DNA from: Betaproteobacteria bacterium
GTDB lineage: Bacteria; Pseudomonadota; Gammaproteobacteria; Burkholderiales; SG8-41
Assembly (NCBI GenBank): GCA_028291945.1
Contig: JAQGNH010000392.1
Span: forward strand, 29,013 to 93,012
DNA: 64,000 nucleotides
Direction: 5' to 3'
The notes below the pieces were generated by a model. That model ran no database searches. It was not told where the DNA came from and saw nothing but the letters and a program-made list of their open reading frames with translations. The position numbers and the translations under genes are program-made. Position 1 is the first letter of the stretch. Every line of letters starts with the position of its first letter. This document shows positions 45,403 to 56,016 of the stretch, one piece after another.

Positions 45403-45825
45403 ATGCCCTCCGAACTGCACAAAGCCATCCCTCCGTACAAGCCCAAGGGCAAGGAGGAGTACATGAATGCGCGCCAGCTCGACTACTTCCGCAAAATGCT
45501 GGAAGAGATGAAACGAGAGCTGTCGCAGGATATCGATCGCACGGTCCACACGATGCAGGACGAGGCCACGATCTTCGCCGACCCCAATGATCGCGCGAGT
45601 CAGGAGTCCGATATGTCGCTCGAGCTGCGCAATCGCGATCGCGAGCGCAAGCTGATCAAGAAGATCGACGAGACCATTATGCGCATCGACCAGGGCGAGT
45701 ACGGTTACTGCGACTCGTGCGGCGTCGAAATAGGGCTGAAGCGACTCGAAGTGCGCCCGACCGCCACGCTTTGCATCGACTGCAAGACGCTCGACGAGAT
45801 GAGGGAACGCCAGGTCGCGAAGTAG
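45403..45825 (+). CDS. dksA: RNA polymerase-binding factor DksA
   Basis: EEYMN..QL.YF, DPNDRASQE, RDRERKLIKKI, CDSC/CIDC zinc finger. Confidence 0.98.
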   Translation: MPSELHKAIPPYKPKGKEEYMNARQLDYFRKMLEEMKRELSQDIDRTVHTMQDEATIFADPNDRASQESDMSLELRNRDRERKLIKKIDETIMRIDQGEYGYCDSCGVEIGLKRLEVRPTATLCIDCKTLDEMRERQVAK

Positions 45826-45882
45826 TCTGCGAGAATCTGGGAGGGCTCTCGCCGGCGATCAGCGCGACCGGAAGCGACGAAC

Positions 45883-45912
45883 AAAAAGGGGCAGCCTGAG
45901 CTGCCCCTTTCT
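45883..45912. terminator. Bidirectional rho-independent terminator between dksA and pnp
   Basis: AAAAAGGGGCAGC-CTGA-GCTGCCCCTTTCT. Confidence 0.85.
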
Positions 45913-45930
45913 TATTACGAGCCTGAAATC

Positions 45931-48093
45931 CTACTGCACAGGTTGCGGTTGCGGCTGTTGCTGCTGCGTTTGTGGCTGCTGGCCCTGCTGACTTTCGTTC
46001 GCCGCGGCTTTCATCGACAGCCGGAGGCGGCCCTTGTCATCCGCTTCGAGGACCTTCACGCGAACCTGCTGGCCTTCCTTCAGGTGGTCCGAGACCGCGT
46101 TCACGCGCTCGTTCGCGATCTGAGAAATGTGCAGCAGCCCGTCGCGTCCCGGGAGCACGCTGACGATCGCACCGAAGTCGAGCAGCTTCAACACTGTGCC
46201 ATCGTAGATCTTGCCCACTTCGACATCTGCTGTCAGCTCTTCGATACGTTTCCTCGCGGCCTCTCCGCCCTCCGAGGACACGCAGGCAATCGTCACAGTG
46301 CCGTCGTCTTGAATGTCTATCGTGGTACCGGTTTCCTCGGTCAGCGCGCGAATGACCGCCCCGCCTTTACCGATGACGTCGCGGATTTTCTCGGGCTTGA
46401 TCTTCAACGTGATCATGCGCGGCGCGTAGGCAGAGAGCTCTTCACGTGGATGGTCGACAGCCTGCTTCATTTTCTCGAGGATGTGCATGCGGCCTTCGCG
46501 TGCCTGAACGAGCGCGGCGTGCATGATCTCTTTCGTGATCCCTTGTATCTTGATATCCATCTGCAGCGCGGTGACACCGCGTTCGGTGCCGGCAACCTTG
46601 AAGTCCATGTCGCCAAGATGGTCCTCGTCGCCGAGGATGTCGGTCAGCACGGCAAACCGATTACCTTCCTTGATGAGGCCCATCGCGATCCCCGCCACGT
46701 GCCCTTTCAGCGGCACACCGGCATCCATCAGCGCGAGACAGCCGCCGCACACCGAAGCCATCGAGCTCGAACCATTCGACTCGGTGATCTCGGATACGAC
46801 ACGCAGCGAATAACCGAACTCCTCCGGCGTCGGCAGCACTGCGAGGAGCGCGCGCTTAGCCAATCGGCCATGACCGATTTCCCGACGCTTCGGCGAACCG
46901 ACACGGCCGGTCTCGCCCGTGGAGTACGGGGGAAAGTTGTAATGGAGCATGAAGCGCTCACGGTACTCGCCCTGGAGCGCGTCGATGATCTGTTCGTCGC
47001 GCGAGGTGCCGAGCGTTGCGACTACAAGCGCCTGAGTTTCGCCACGCGTGAACAGTGCACTGCCGTGCGCGCGTGGAAGCACGCCCGTGCGTATCGTGAT
47101 GGGTCGCACCGTTCGCGTGTCGCGGCCGTCGATGCGCGGTTCGCCGTCAAGGATCTGATTACGGACGATTTTCGCTTCCACGTTGCTGAATTCCGCGCCG
47201 AGCGTGATGAGTTGGTCGGGCGTTGAAGCTTCCGAGGCAAGCTCGAGCATGACTCGATTGCGGATTTCGTCGACGCGTCGCGTGCGCTCCTGCTTGCCGC
47301 GGATTTCATAAGCCTGCCGCAGATCGCTCTCCGCGATCTGGGCCATGCGCTCGATCAGCGACTGATCCTTGGCCGGAGGCGTCCAGTCCCACATCGGCTT
47401 CCCGGCTTCGTCCGCAAGCTCGTTGATGAGCTTGATCGCAGCCTGCATCTGGTCGTGACCAAACACAACCGCGCCGAGCATGACATCCTCCGGCAGCTCG
47501 TGCGCTTCCGACTCCACCATCAGTACGGCGCGCTCCGTACCCGCGACGACGAGATTCAGTTTCGAGGTTTGGAGCTCGGTTGCAGTTGGATTCAAGACAT
47601 ACTGACCATTCGCGTAGCCCACGCGCGCTGCTCCGATCGGACCGTCGAACGGTATGCCGGAAATCGCAAGCGCGGCGGAAGCGCCAATCATCGCCGGGAT
47701 GTCCGAATCGACTTCATTGTTCGATGACATCACTGTCGCGACGATCTGCACTTCGTTGTAGAAGCCTTCAGGAAACAGCGGCCGGATCGGACGGTCGATG
47801 AGGCGCGACGTCAGGATTTCCTTTTCTGAAGGGCGGCCCTCGCGTTTGAAAAAGCCGCCCGGTATCTTACCGGCGGCATACGTGCGCTCCTGATAATCCA
47901 CGGTGAGTGGAAACCAGTCCTGTCCCGGTTTGGCGTCATGATTGCCAACGACGGTCACCAGCACGATGGTATCTTCCATGTTGACCAGCACGGCACCGCT
48001 CGCCTGACGCGCGATCTCGCCCGTTTCCAGCGTAAGTTGCCGGCCGCCCCAGTTCAAAGTCTTGGTTACTCGTTTCATCTTGTCCTTGTCCAC
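45931..48093 (-). CDS. pnp: Polyribonucleotide nucleotidyltransferase
   Basis: [43 protein letters not shown] and S1 domains. Confidence 0.99.
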   Translation of the reverse strand: MDKDKMKRVTKTLNWGGRQLTLETGEIARQASGAVLVNMEDTIVLVTVVGNHDAKPGQDWFPLTVDYQERTYAAGKIPGGFFKREGRPSEKEILTSRLIDRPIRPLFPEGFYNEVQIVATVMSSNNEVDSDIPAMIGASAALAISGIPFDGPIGAARVGYANGQYVLNPTATELQTSKLNLVVAGTERAVLMVESEAHELPEDVMLGAVVFGHDQMQAAIKLINELADEAGKPMWDWTPPAKDQSLIERMAQIAESDLRQAYEIRGKQERTRRVDEIRNRVMLELASEASTPDQLITLGAEFSNVEAKIVRNQILDGEPRIDGRDTRTVRPITIRTGVLPRAHGSALFTRGETQALVVATLGTSRDEQIIDALQGEYRERFMLHYNFPPYSTGETGRVGSPKRREIGHGRLAKRALLAVLPTPEEFGYSLRVVSEITESNGSSSMASVCGGCLALMDAGVPLKGHVAGIAMGLIKEGNRFAVLTDILGDEDHLGDMDFKVAGTERGVTALQMDIKIQGITKEIMHAALVQAREGRMHILEKMKQAVDHPREELSAYAPRMITLKIKPEKIRDVIGKGGAVIRALTEETGTTIDIQDDGTVTIACVSSEGGEAARKRIEELTADVEVGKIYDGTVLKLLDFGAIVSVLPGRDGLLHISQIANERVNAVSDHLKEGQQVRVKVLEADDKGRLRLSMKAAANESQQGQQPQTQQQQPQPQPVQ

Positions 48094-48121
48094 AAATAAA
48101 AAAGACCGCGCGAGCGGTCTT
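48094..48121 (-). terminator. Terminator-like hairpin between rpsO and pnp
   Basis: AAGACCGC-GCGA-GCGGTCTT followed by a U-rich tract on the - strand. Confidence 0.6.
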
Positions 48122-48216
48122 GCGGTTATAAAGTGCGAGCGGCGGATTGCGCTGGACCGGCCACGCGATTCAGAGTGCGTAACGCGAGCCGGCAGCGAGC
48201 CCCCATGCGGGTTGCT

Positions 48217-48486
48217 TTACTTGCGCAGTCCCAGCCGTTCGATGATCGCCTTGTACTTATCGGCGTTCGTCCGCTTGAGATAATCGAGCAGCTTGCGGCG
48301 GCGGCTCACCATGCGCAGCAACCCACGGCGCGAATGATGATCTTTGACGTGCGTTTTGAAGTGCTCCGTCAAATCAGTGATACGCGCAGTCAAGAGCGCG
48401 ATCTGGACTTCAGGAGAACCAGTGTCGCCCTGCGCCCGCTGGTAGTCCTTCATCAGCTGAGCTTTCTGCGTAACGTTTACGGCCAT
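48217..48486 (-). CDS. rpsO: 30S ribosomal protein S15
   Basis: [28 protein letters not shown]. Confidence 0.99.
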   Translation of the reverse strand: MAVNVTQKAQLMKDYQRAQGDTGSPEVQIALLTARITDLTEHFKTHVKDHHSRRGLLRMVSRRRKLLDYLKRTNADKYKAIIERLGLRK

Positions 48487-48540
48487 CTTTACTTCTCCAG
48501 CGGAAAATCCGGCTATTTTACTCTGTAAACCCACGTTTTC

Positions 48541-49461
48541 TCAAGCTTTCACGGCACCCGTGGAAAGCAGCCTGCGCGCCACCAGATGCCCGTCCGGAGA
48601 AGCTTCTGCGACCCCGAGAAAGCCTGAATCTCGACCATACACACGTACCAGGCCGCTGATCGTTGGTGGCGAGGCCACCACCTGACCGCGAACCATGCGC
48701 TGAGTCTGTTCAGCATCGAGCTCGAACGCCGGTAGACCGGCAAGGAGCGCATCCACGGGCCGCATGTGTCGAGAGCGCGCGTCGTCGGTCATCGAGCTCA
48801 GCGCATCCAACGTCACCGCGTCATCCACGGAAAAAGCGCCGACGCGCGTTCGCCGAAGCCCAGCCAAGGTCGCGCCGCAGCCGAGTGCCTTGCCAATATC
48901 CTCGGCAAGCACGCGGATGTAGGTCCCCTTGCTGCAGGTCACATCGATGCGCAGCTCTGCGTTTTCATAACATTCCACACGCAACGCGTGGATCGTCACG
49001 CGACGGGGCACGCGAACGACATCGGTCCCTGCGCGAGCGTACTCGTAGAGTGGCTTGCCCGCGTGCTTGAGAGCGCTATACATCGGCGGCATCTGGAGGA
49101 TCTCGCCACGAAACTGCGCAACAGCCGCGTCGATCTGTGGCCGATCGACCTCCACGGCAGAGCGTGTAAGTACTTCACCTTCCAAGTCCCCGGTCGTCGT
49201 GGTCACACCGAGTCGCACTGTTGCCAGGTACCCTTTATCGGCATCGAGCAAGGTCTGCGAAAACTTGGTTGCTTCTCCGAAGGTCACCGGCAGTAGACCC
49301 GTAGCCATTGGATCCAGAGTGCCGGTATGGCCCGCCTTTGCGGCCTCGAAAAGACTCTTGACGCGTGTAACCGCGCCTTGCGAAGAGATGCCTAGAGATT
49401 TGTCGAGCAACAGCACGCCGTTCACTGCGCGACGGCGCTTGCGCTCGGACGATGCGCTCAC
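48541..49461 (-). CDS. truB: tRNA pseudouridine(55) synthase
   Basis: GVLLLDK, GHTGTLDPMATG, PPMYSALK, CSKGTYIR. Confidence 0.98.
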   Translation of the reverse strand: MSASSERKRRRAVNGVLLLDKSLGISSQGAVTRVKSLFEAAKAGHTGTLDPMATGLLPVTFGEATKFSQTLLDADKGYLATVRLGVTTTTGDLEGEVLTRSAVEVDRPQIDAAVAQFRGEILQMPPMYSALKHAGKPLYEYARAGTDVVRVPRRVTIHALRVECYENAELRIDVTCSKGTYIRVLAEDIGKALGCGATLAGLRRTRVGAFSVDDAVTLDALSSMTDDARSRHMRPVDALLAGLPAFELDAEQTQRMVRGQVVASPPTISGLVRVYGRDSGFLGVAEASPDGHLVARRLLSTGAVKA

Positions 49462-49835
49462 TCCTCGGTCGGAAGCTTGGGCGCGCTGCCCACGGCCTCG
49501 TCGATCAAGCGCGAAAGTTTCATCCCGCGCTCGACGGAGGCGTCGTACTTGAACTCGAGCGTCGGGACGGTGCGCAGCTTCATGCGCTGCGAGAGCTGAG
49601 TTCTCAGAAATCCGGCCGCCCGCGTGAATCCTACGGTCGCTTCTTCGATCTGCGCGGCATCACCCAACAGGGTGAAAAAAACTTTCGCATGCGCCTGATC
49701 GTGGGTCACTTCCACGTCGGTGATCGTAACGAGGCCGCTAACGCGCGGATCCTTGAGCTCAAAGCGGATCAGCTCGGCCAGCTCGCGCTGGATTTGCTCG
49801 GCAATTCGTTGGCTGCGGGAATAGTCTTTCGGCAC
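49458..49835 (-). CDS. rbfA: Ribosome-binding factor A
   Basis: RIAEQIQREL, KDPR, LRTVPTLEF.YD. Confidence 0.97.
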   Translation of the reverse strand: MPKDYSRSQRIAEQIQRELAELIRFELKDPRVSGLVTITDVEVTHDQAHAKVFFTLLGDAAQIEEATVGFTRAAGFLRTQLSQRMKLRTVPTLEFKYDASVERGMKLSRLIDEAVGSAPKLPTEE

Positions 49836-49844
49836 GGCTGGAAT

Positions 49845-49955
49845 GTGCGGTGATGAATGATAAATGATAAACGCAGAGCGTGAAATTCCAGAACGATTAC
49901 GGCAGCACCTTCTCAGTGCTCATTCCGCATTCATCATTCCGCGTTCATCATTTGC
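49845..49955. repeat. Heptamer (GAATGAT-like) inverted tandem repeats between infB and rbfA
   Basis: GATGAATGATAAATGATAAA ... CATTCCGCATTCATCATTCCGCGTTCATCATT. Confidence 0.65.
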
Positions 49956-49958
49956 ACG

Positions 49959-52553
49959 CTAAAGCGAGCGAGCCACCTCTACGACCTCGTACACTTCGAG
50001 CTGATCGCCGACTTTGATATCGTTGTAGCCCTTGAGCGAGAGACCACACTCGAACCCGGCCTTCACTTCGCGCACGTCATCCTTGAACCGCTTGAGGGAA
50101 TCGAGCTCGCCCTCGTGCACGACCACGTTGTCGCGCAGCAGCCGGATTCTGGCACTGCGACGAATCAGACCGTCGACGACATAGCAGCCGGCAACCGTTC
50201 CAATCTTCGATATCTTGAAGACCTGACGGATCTCGACAACCCCAAGAGTGCTCTCCTTACGCTCTGGCGCGAGCATCCCGGACAGTGCCGCTTTGATCTC
50301 GTCTACGGCCTCGTAAATGATGTTGTAGTAGCGGATTTCCACGCCGCCCGATTCAGCGAGCTTGCGCGCCGCGCCGTCGGCGCGTGTGTTGAAGCCGATC
50401 ACTACCGCTTTGGACGCAAGCGCAAGATTGATGTCCGATTCCGTGATACCGCCGACAGCCGCGTGAACGATGTTCACTTTGACCTCGTCAGTCGACAATC
50501 TCGAAAGCGCGTGTGCCAGACCCTCGTACGAACCCTGCACGTCCGCTTTAATGATGATGGTGAGAGTCCTCTTCTCGCCTTCACCAATGTGGCTGAACAT
50601 GTTCTCCAGATTTGCTGATTGCTGCTTGGCGAGCTTGACGTCCCGGAACTTGCCTTGGCGGAAGAGCGCAATCTCGCGCGCTTTGCGCTCATCGCCCAAC
50701 GCGATGACTTCGGAACCGGCCACCGGTACATCGGAAAGGCCGAGCACTTCGACCGGCAGCGAGGGCCCGCCCGACTCTATCGTCTTACCCGTTTCGTCGA
50801 GCAGCGCACGCACGCGCCCGAAAACAGCGCCCGCCAGCAATATATCGCCGCGTTTGAGCGTCCCGGACTGCACGAGCACTGTCGCAACCGGGCCCCGGCC
50901 TTTGTCGAGCCGCGACTCGATGACGATGCCCTTTGCAAAGGCGTCGCGTGCGGCGCGCAGCTCCAGAACTTCAGCCTGCAGCAGGACGCGCTCGAGCAAG
51001 CTGTCTATGCCCTGGCCTGTCTTCGCCGAAACCTGAACGAACATTGTGTCGCCGCCCCATTCTTCGGGCACGACTTCGCGCGAAGCGAGCTCCTGCATGA
51101 CACGTTCGGCATTGGCTTCCGGCTTGTCGATCTTGTTCAGCGCGACCACGATCGGCACCTTGCCGGCTTTCGCATGGGCAATCGCTTCTTCCGTCTGCGG
51201 CATCACGCCATCGTCAGCTGCGACGACGAGAATGACGATGTCGGTGACTTTGGCGCCCCGTGCCCGCATTGCTGTAAAGGCTTCGTGACCCGGTGTGTCC
51301 AGAAACGTGATCATGCCGCGCGGCGTCTCGACGTGGTAGGCGCCGATGTGCTGCGTGATGCCGCCGGCCTCACCGCTCGCTACACGAGTGCGGCGGATGT
51401 GGTCGAGCAGCGAGGTCTTGCCATGGTCGACGTGACCCATGACGGTGACAACCGGCGCGCGCGGCTCGAGCTTCAGCTCCGCGTGTCGCGTTTCGTGTTC
51501 TTCCGCAAGGAAAGCATCCGGATCGTCGAGCTTCGCGCGAACCGCCTTATGTCCCATTTCCTCGATGACGATCATCGCGGTGTCCTGGTCGATCACCTGG
51601 TTGATCGTCGCCATCGTACCGAGCTTCATCAGCGCCTTGATGACTTCGGCAGCCTTCACCGACATCTTGTGCGCAAGCTCAGCGACGGTAATAGTCTCGC
51701 CTACGACGATGTCTCGCACCAACGGTTCTGCCGGTGCAGCAAAAGCATGCTGGTCCGTATCTTCAGAATGAGCGCCGTGGCGTCCCGCTTTCCGCGCGCG
51801 CCAACCCAGACCGCCGCTTGAATCGCCGCGAGTCTTGATCGTGCGCCGCTTGACCGCCTCGTCACGCCAGACCACCTGCTTGGCCGGTTTCTTCGCGGTC
51901 TTCTTGTCTTTATCGGCCGGCTTGGTCGTCGGCTTGTGCAGCGTGCCTTCGACAGGCAGACCTGACGCCGTCGTCGCCGCCGCGGCCGCTGCGGGTGCAG
52001 CTTCGGCAGGAGCAGCCGTTTCGGCTTTACCTTTCGCTTTGGTCTCGGCCTTCGCCTCTTCGACCTGCGCCTGCGCTTCAGCAACCGCTTCTTTCTTGCG
52101 GCGTTCCTGTTCGGCCTTCTCCGCCTTACGCTCGACGTCTTCGGCCTGCCGCGCAGCGAGTTCCGCGTGCTGCTTGGCCTCGGCTTCGCGCAGGGCAATC
52201 TGCTCCACGCCGAGTACGGGCTTGGCCGTTTCGACCGGCTCGGGCTCTACTGCATCGCGCTTGACGAGCACGCGCTTCTTGCGCACTTCCACCTGAATCG
52301 TACGCGACTTGCCCGTAGCGTCGGATTTCTTGATTTCCGTCGTCTGCCGACGCGTCAGGGTGATCTTCTGCTTCGACTCCTTGGCTCCGTGTGACTGGCG
52401 GAGATAGTCGAGCAGTTGCGTCTTGTCTTTCTCGGTGAGCGACGTGTCTGCCGCGAGTGCGCGCGTGACGCCCGCCGCCTGCAGCTGCTCGATGAGCAGC
52501 GCGGGCGGCAGCCCGAGTTCCTTCGCGAATTGTGTAACGTTGATTTGCGCCAT
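49959..52553 (-). CDS. infB: Translation initiation factor IF-2
   Basis: [35 protein letters not shown]. Confidence 0.99.
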   Translation of the reverse strand: MAQINVTQFAKELGLPPALLIEQLQAAGVTRALAADTSLTEKDKTQLLDYLRQSHGAKESKQKITLTRRQTTEIKKSDATGKSRTIQVEVRKKRVLVKRDAVEPEPVETAKPVLGVEQIALREAEAKQHAELAARQAEDVERKAEKAEQERRKKEAVAEAQAQVEEAKAETKAKGKAETAAPAEAAPAAAAAATTASGLPVEGTLHKPTTKPADKDKKTAKKPAKQVVWRDEAVKRRTIKTRGDSSGGLGWRARKAGRHGAHSEDTDQHAFAAPAEPLVRDIVVGETITVAELAHKMSVKAAEVIKALMKLGTMATINQVIDQDTAMIVIEEMGHKAVRAKLDDPDAFLAEEHETRHAELKLEPRAPVVTVMGHVDHGKTSLLDHIRRTRVASGEAGGITQHIGAYHVETPRGMITFLDTPGHEAFTAMRARGAKVTDIVILVVAADDGVMPQTEEAIAHAKAGKVPIVVALNKIDKPEANAERVMQELASREVVPEEWGGDTMFVQVSAKTGQGIDSLLERVLLQAEVLELRAARDAFAKGIVIESRLDKGRGPVATVLVQSGTLKRGDILLAGAVFGRVRALLDETGKTIESGGPSLPVEVLGLSDVPVAGSEVIALGDERKAREIALFRQGKFRDVKLAKQQSANLENMFSHIGEGEKRTLTIIIKADVQGSYEGLAHALSRLSTDEVKVNIVHAAVGGITESDINLALASKAVVIGFNTRADGAARKLAESGGVEIRYYNIIYEAVDEIKAALSGMLAPERKESTLGVVEIRQVFKISKIGTVAGCYVVDGLIRRSARIRLLRDNVVVHEGELDSLKRFKDDVREVKAGFECGLSLKGYNDIKVGDQLEVYEVVEVARSL

Positions 52554-52584
52554 CTAGTCTATGTGTGTTGGTCCGGTCCGGACA

Positions 52585-54069
52585 TCAAGCATTATTTTCC
52601 GCAAACCATGGCGCTCGTGCCGCCATGATCAATGTCTTCGCACGCTCTTCTGGAAGACCCGTCGCTTCGACGAGGTCGTCCGTCGCGTAGTCGGCGAGGT
52701 CTTCCTGCGTACCCACACCTTTCGATGCGAGGAGCCGCGCGGTATCGGTGTCCATGCCCTCGACTTTCAGCAGGTCTTCGATATCGTGCTCCACTTTCTC
52801 TTCACTTGCGATCGCCTGGGTCAGCAGCGCATTGCGCGCGCGGCTGCGTAGCTCGTTCACCGTCGCCTCGTCGAAGGATTCGATCTCCAGCATCTCCGTG
52901 AGCGGAACGTAAGCCACTTCCTCCAGCGTCGAAAACCCTTCCTGCACGAGGATGTCGGCCACTTCCTCGTCGACGTCGAGCTTTTCAATGAATACCGATT
53001 TAGTGTGCGAGGATTCTTCCTGGGTCTTCTTTTCCGACTCTTCGAGCGTCATGATGTTGAGCTCCCAGCCGCTCAGCTCGGCGGCGAGACGCACATTCTG
53101 CCCGTTGCGGCCGATCGCCTGCGCGAGGTTCACTTCCTCGACCACGATGTCCATGCTGTGCTTTTCTTCGTCGACGGTGATGCGGCTCACCTCGGCAGGC
53201 GCGAGCGCGTTGATGACGAACTGCGCGGGGTCGGGATTCCACAACACGATGTCGACGCGCTCGCCTGCGAGCTCGGAAGTGACGGCCTGCACGCGAGAGC
53301 CCCGCATGCCTACGCACGTACCGATCGGGTCGATCCGTTTGTCGTTGGAATGCACCGCGATTTTCGCGCGCGAGCCGGGGTCGCGTGCGGCGGCCTTGAT
53401 CTCGAGCAAACCATCTTCCAGCTCGGGTACTTCGAGCTCGAAGAGCTGGACCAGGAATTCGGGAGCCGTCCTCGACAGGATCAGTTGCGGACCCCGCGCT
53501 GCGCGGTCGATTTTCCAGATGTAGGCGCGCACGCGGTCGCCTATTCTTAGATTTTCTTTCGGGATCATCTGGTCGCGAGGCAGCACGGCTTCAAGCCGTC
53601 CTGATTCGATCAGCGCGTTCCCGCGCTCCATGCGCTTGATCACCCCGGTGACGAGGTGTTCCTTGCGCGAGAGGAAGTCGTTCAGGATCTGTTCGCGCTC
53701 GGCGTCGCGGATTTTCTGCAGAATCACCTGCTTCGCGGTCTGCGCACCGATGCGGCCGACTTCCAGACCGGAAAGCGGCTCTTCGATATATTCGCCCATC
53801 TGAATTTCGGGCTTTTCCTCGCGCGCTTCGTGCAGCATGTATTGCCGCGAAGGCACCTCGAACTCCTCGTTCGGCACTACGTGCCAGCGGCGGAAGAAGG
53901 AGAATTCACCATTGGCGCGGTCCACAACAGCGCGCACTTCCACGTCTTCGTTAAAACGCTTCTTGGTGGCCGAGGCCAAGGCGAGCTCCAGCGCGCCGAA
54001 CACGGTTTCCTTGTCGACGTTCTTCTCGCGCGAAAGCGCATCCACGAGCAATAATATTTCTCGGCTCAT
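52585..54069 (-). CDS. nusA: Transcription factor NusA
   Basis: [35 protein letters not shown]. Confidence 0.99.
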   Translation of the reverse strand: MSREILLLVDALSREKNVDKETVFGALELALASATKKRFNEDVEVRAVVDRANGEFSFFRRWHVVPNEEFEVPSRQYMLHEAREEKPEIQMGEYIEEPLSGLEVGRIGAQTAKQVILQKIRDAEREQILNDFLSRKEHLVTGVIKRMERGNALIESGRLEAVLPRDQMIPKENLRIGDRVRAYIWKIDRAARGPQLILSRTAPEFLVQLFELEVPELEDGLLEIKAAARDPGSRAKIAVHSNDKRIDPIGTCVGMRGSRVQAVTSELAGERVDIVLWNPDPAQFVINALAPAEVSRITVDEEKHSMDIVVEEVNLAQAIGRNGQNVRLAAELSGWELNIMTLEESEKKTQEESSHTKSVFIEKLDVDEEVADILVQEGFSTLEEVAYVPLTEMLEIESFDEATVNELRSRARNALLTQAIASEEKVEHDIEDLLKVEGMDTDTARLLASKGVGTQEDLADYATDDLVEATGLPEERAKTLIMAARAPWFAENNA

Positions 54070-54111
54070 CTCAACTCCTTAACGCGTAACGGAATGACTC
54101 GTCACGCACTC

Positions 54112-54540
54112 TTAAATTGCAGGCACCAGCCGCGCCTTGTCGAAATTCTCAAGCTCGAGCGACATGACTTTGCCGTCGACTTCGATTTCGACCTTTCCGG
54201 CACGCGTCTCCCGCAATACCCCCACGAAGTTGCGCTGTCCTTCGAACGGCACACGCAGCTTGATGCGCGCCCTGTGGCCGGCGAAGCGCACGAAATCCTG
54301 TTCTTTCCTCAGCAACCGGTCGAGCCCCGGCGATGAGATTTCGAGGCGCTCGTAATCGACGCCTTCGACCGCAAGCACGCGGCTCAAGTGGTTGCTCACC
54401 GTGGCGCAGTCTTCGACGTGAATGCCGCTGGGCTTATCTATGTACACTCGCAGCAGCTTGCCTTTTCCTGAGCGCTCGAGATCCACGAACTCGTAGCCCA
54501 AGCCTGCCAAGGTCGATTCCAGCAACTGCAGCAAGTCCAT
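54112..54540 (-). CDS. rimP: Ribosome maturation factor RimP
   Basis: LRVYIDK, EDCATVS, LEISSPGLDR, KARLVP. Confidence 0.97.
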   Translation of the reverse strand: MDLLQLLESTLAGLGYEFVDLERSGKGKLLRVYIDKPSGIHVEDCATVSNHLSRVLAVEGVDYERLEISSPGLDRLLRKEQDFVRFAGHRARIKLRVPFEGQRNFVGVLRETRAGKVEIEVDGKVMSLELENFDKARLVPAI

Positions 54541-54554
54541 AAATCCTGCGCCAC

Positions 54555-54580
54555 AAACAAAAAATGGGCGAGCCGCCCAT
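54555..54580 (-). promoter_or_regulatory. rimP leader hairpin (terminator-like)
   Basis: ATGGGCG-GCT-CGCCCAT followed by TTTTTGTTT just upstream of rimP. Confidence 0.7.
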
Positions 54581-54663
54581 CGTTTCCCACAGAGCCTTGA
54601 AGTGTAACAGAAATAAGGTCACAAACCAAGGCTGCTGAGCGGCGCAGCACAGCCTGGCGGGGC

Positions 54664-54696
54664 TTGTCATGCGGGGTTTACTGTATATAATTACAG
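54664..54696 (+). promoter_or_regulatory. lexA promoter with overlapping SOS box
   Basis: -35 TTGTCA (54664), -10 TATAAT (54686), LexA box CTGT-ATATAATT-ACAG (54681-54696). Confidence 0.9.
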
Positions 54697-54711
54697 CTAA
54701 GGAGATCCCCC

Positions 54712-55314
54712 ATGGACACACTCACCCCTCGCCAGGCGCAAATACTGAAGTTGATCGAGGACTACACCGAAAAATCGGGGTTTCCGCCGACGCGCAGTGA
54801 TATCTGTGAAGCCATGGGCTTTCGCTCGCCCAATGCCGCGGAGGAGCACTTGCGCGCCCTCGCCCGCAAAGGCGTCATCGAAATGATCCCCGGTACCTCT
54901 CGCGGTATACGACTGAAGCAGGAGCCTGGGGTTCCCATCGTCGGCCGTGTCGCCGCAGGCTCGCCGATACTCGCTTCAGAGCATATTGAGGGCCGCTACC
55001 AACTTGACGCCGCGCTCTTCAACCCGCGCGCAGATTACCTGCTCAAAGTGCGGGGCTTAAGCATGCGCGATGCGGGTATCCTCGACGGCGATCTGCTGGC
55101 GGTCCATCGCACGACCGAATTCCGGTCGGGACAGATCGTGGTTGCGCGGCTTCACGACGAAGTCACCGTCAAGCGCATCCGCAAAAACCGCGACAAAGTC
55201 GAGCTGATCGCAGAAAACCCGGCATTCGCGACGCGTGTCATCGATTTGAAGCGCGACACGCTTGAAATCGAAGGCATCGCGGTGGGCATCATTCGCAACG
55301 GCCGGACTCTATAG
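54712..55314 (+). CDS. lexA: SOS repressor LexA
   Basis: [24 protein letters not shown] cleavage site, GLSM, VTVKR. Confidence 0.97.
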   Translation: MDTLTPRQAQILKLIEDYTEKSGFPPTRSDICEAMGFRSPNAAEEHLRALARKGVIEMIPGTSRGIRLKQEPGVPIVGRVAAGSPILASEHIEGRYQLDAALFNPRADYLLKVRGLSMRDAGILDGDLLAVHRTTEFRSGQIVVARLHDEVTVKRIRKNRDKVELIAENPAFATRVIDLKRDTLEIEGIAVGIIRNGRTL

Positions 55315-55316
55315 AT

Positions 55317-55994
55317 ATGGGCCTCGAAGCCGTTCTCAACCACCCCGCGGTCTGGCGCGGCAACGAATGTGCGCGCGTTGCGTTCGCTGTTCCGACTGGC
55401 TTTGCCGAGCTCGACGCGCAACTGCCCGGCGGCGGCTGGCCGACGGGCGCGATCACCGAGATTTACGCCGAGCGCGCAGGTGTTGGCGAAATGAAGCTCA
55501 CTGTCACTGCGGCCGCGCGACTGACGCAGGAAGGCCGCTGGCTCAGCGTGATCGCACCGCCCCACGTTCCTTATGCACCCGCGCTCGCTTCACACGGCAT
55601 ACGCCTCGAGCGGCTGCTGCTGATCCAGCCGGGCAGCGTGGAAGACAATCTCTGGGCTGCCGAGCAGGCGTTACGTGCGTCATGCTGTGGTGCCGTGCTG
55701 CTGTGGCAGGACCACATCAACGAACGCGCCCTGCGCAGACTGCAGCTCGCTGCAGAAAGCGCGTCCACTTCGTTGTTCCTGTTCCGCTCCGCACGCGTTG
55801 CACCGGCTTCCCCGGCAGCGCTGCGGCTGCATGTGTCACGCGTGCAGGGGAGGACGATCGTGCGCATACTCAAGCGCCGCGGAGGCGGGCTGCCTGCACC
55901 CATTACGCTCGATCTGCACGGGACGCCTGTTTCGCGCGTCAGACGACCGGCAGCTCCGCGTGTGCGCGAACCGCTGCTCACAGCATTATTCTGA
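55317..55994 (+). CDS. imuA: Translesion synthesis accessory protein ImuA
   Basis: VWRG, TGFAELDAQLPGGGWP, GVGE, RRLQLAA, ILKRRG. Confidence 0.93.
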   Translation: MGLEAVLNHPAVWRGNECARVAFAVPTGFAELDAQLPGGGWPTGAITEIYAERAGVGEMKLTVTAAARLTQEGRWLSVIAPPHVPYAPALASHGIRLERLLLIQPGSVEDNLWAAEQALRASCCGAVLLWQDHINERALRRLQLAAESASTSLFLFRSARVAPASPAALRLHVSRVQGRTIVRILKRRGGGLPAPITLDLHGTPVSRVRRPAAPRVREPLLTALF

Positions 55995-56016
55995 AACTTA
56001 TCAGCTGGAATGAGCG

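Noticed and set aside
45931-45995. Gln/Pro-rich C-terminal tail of PNPase
   Set aside because: Low-complexity tails after the S1 domain are common and variable.
45943-47226. Long antisense ORFs (e.g. 45943..47226+, 33596..34900+, 50619..51821+, 2103..3137+)
   Set aside because: Shadow ORFs opposite conserved genes, expected from high-GC codon bias.
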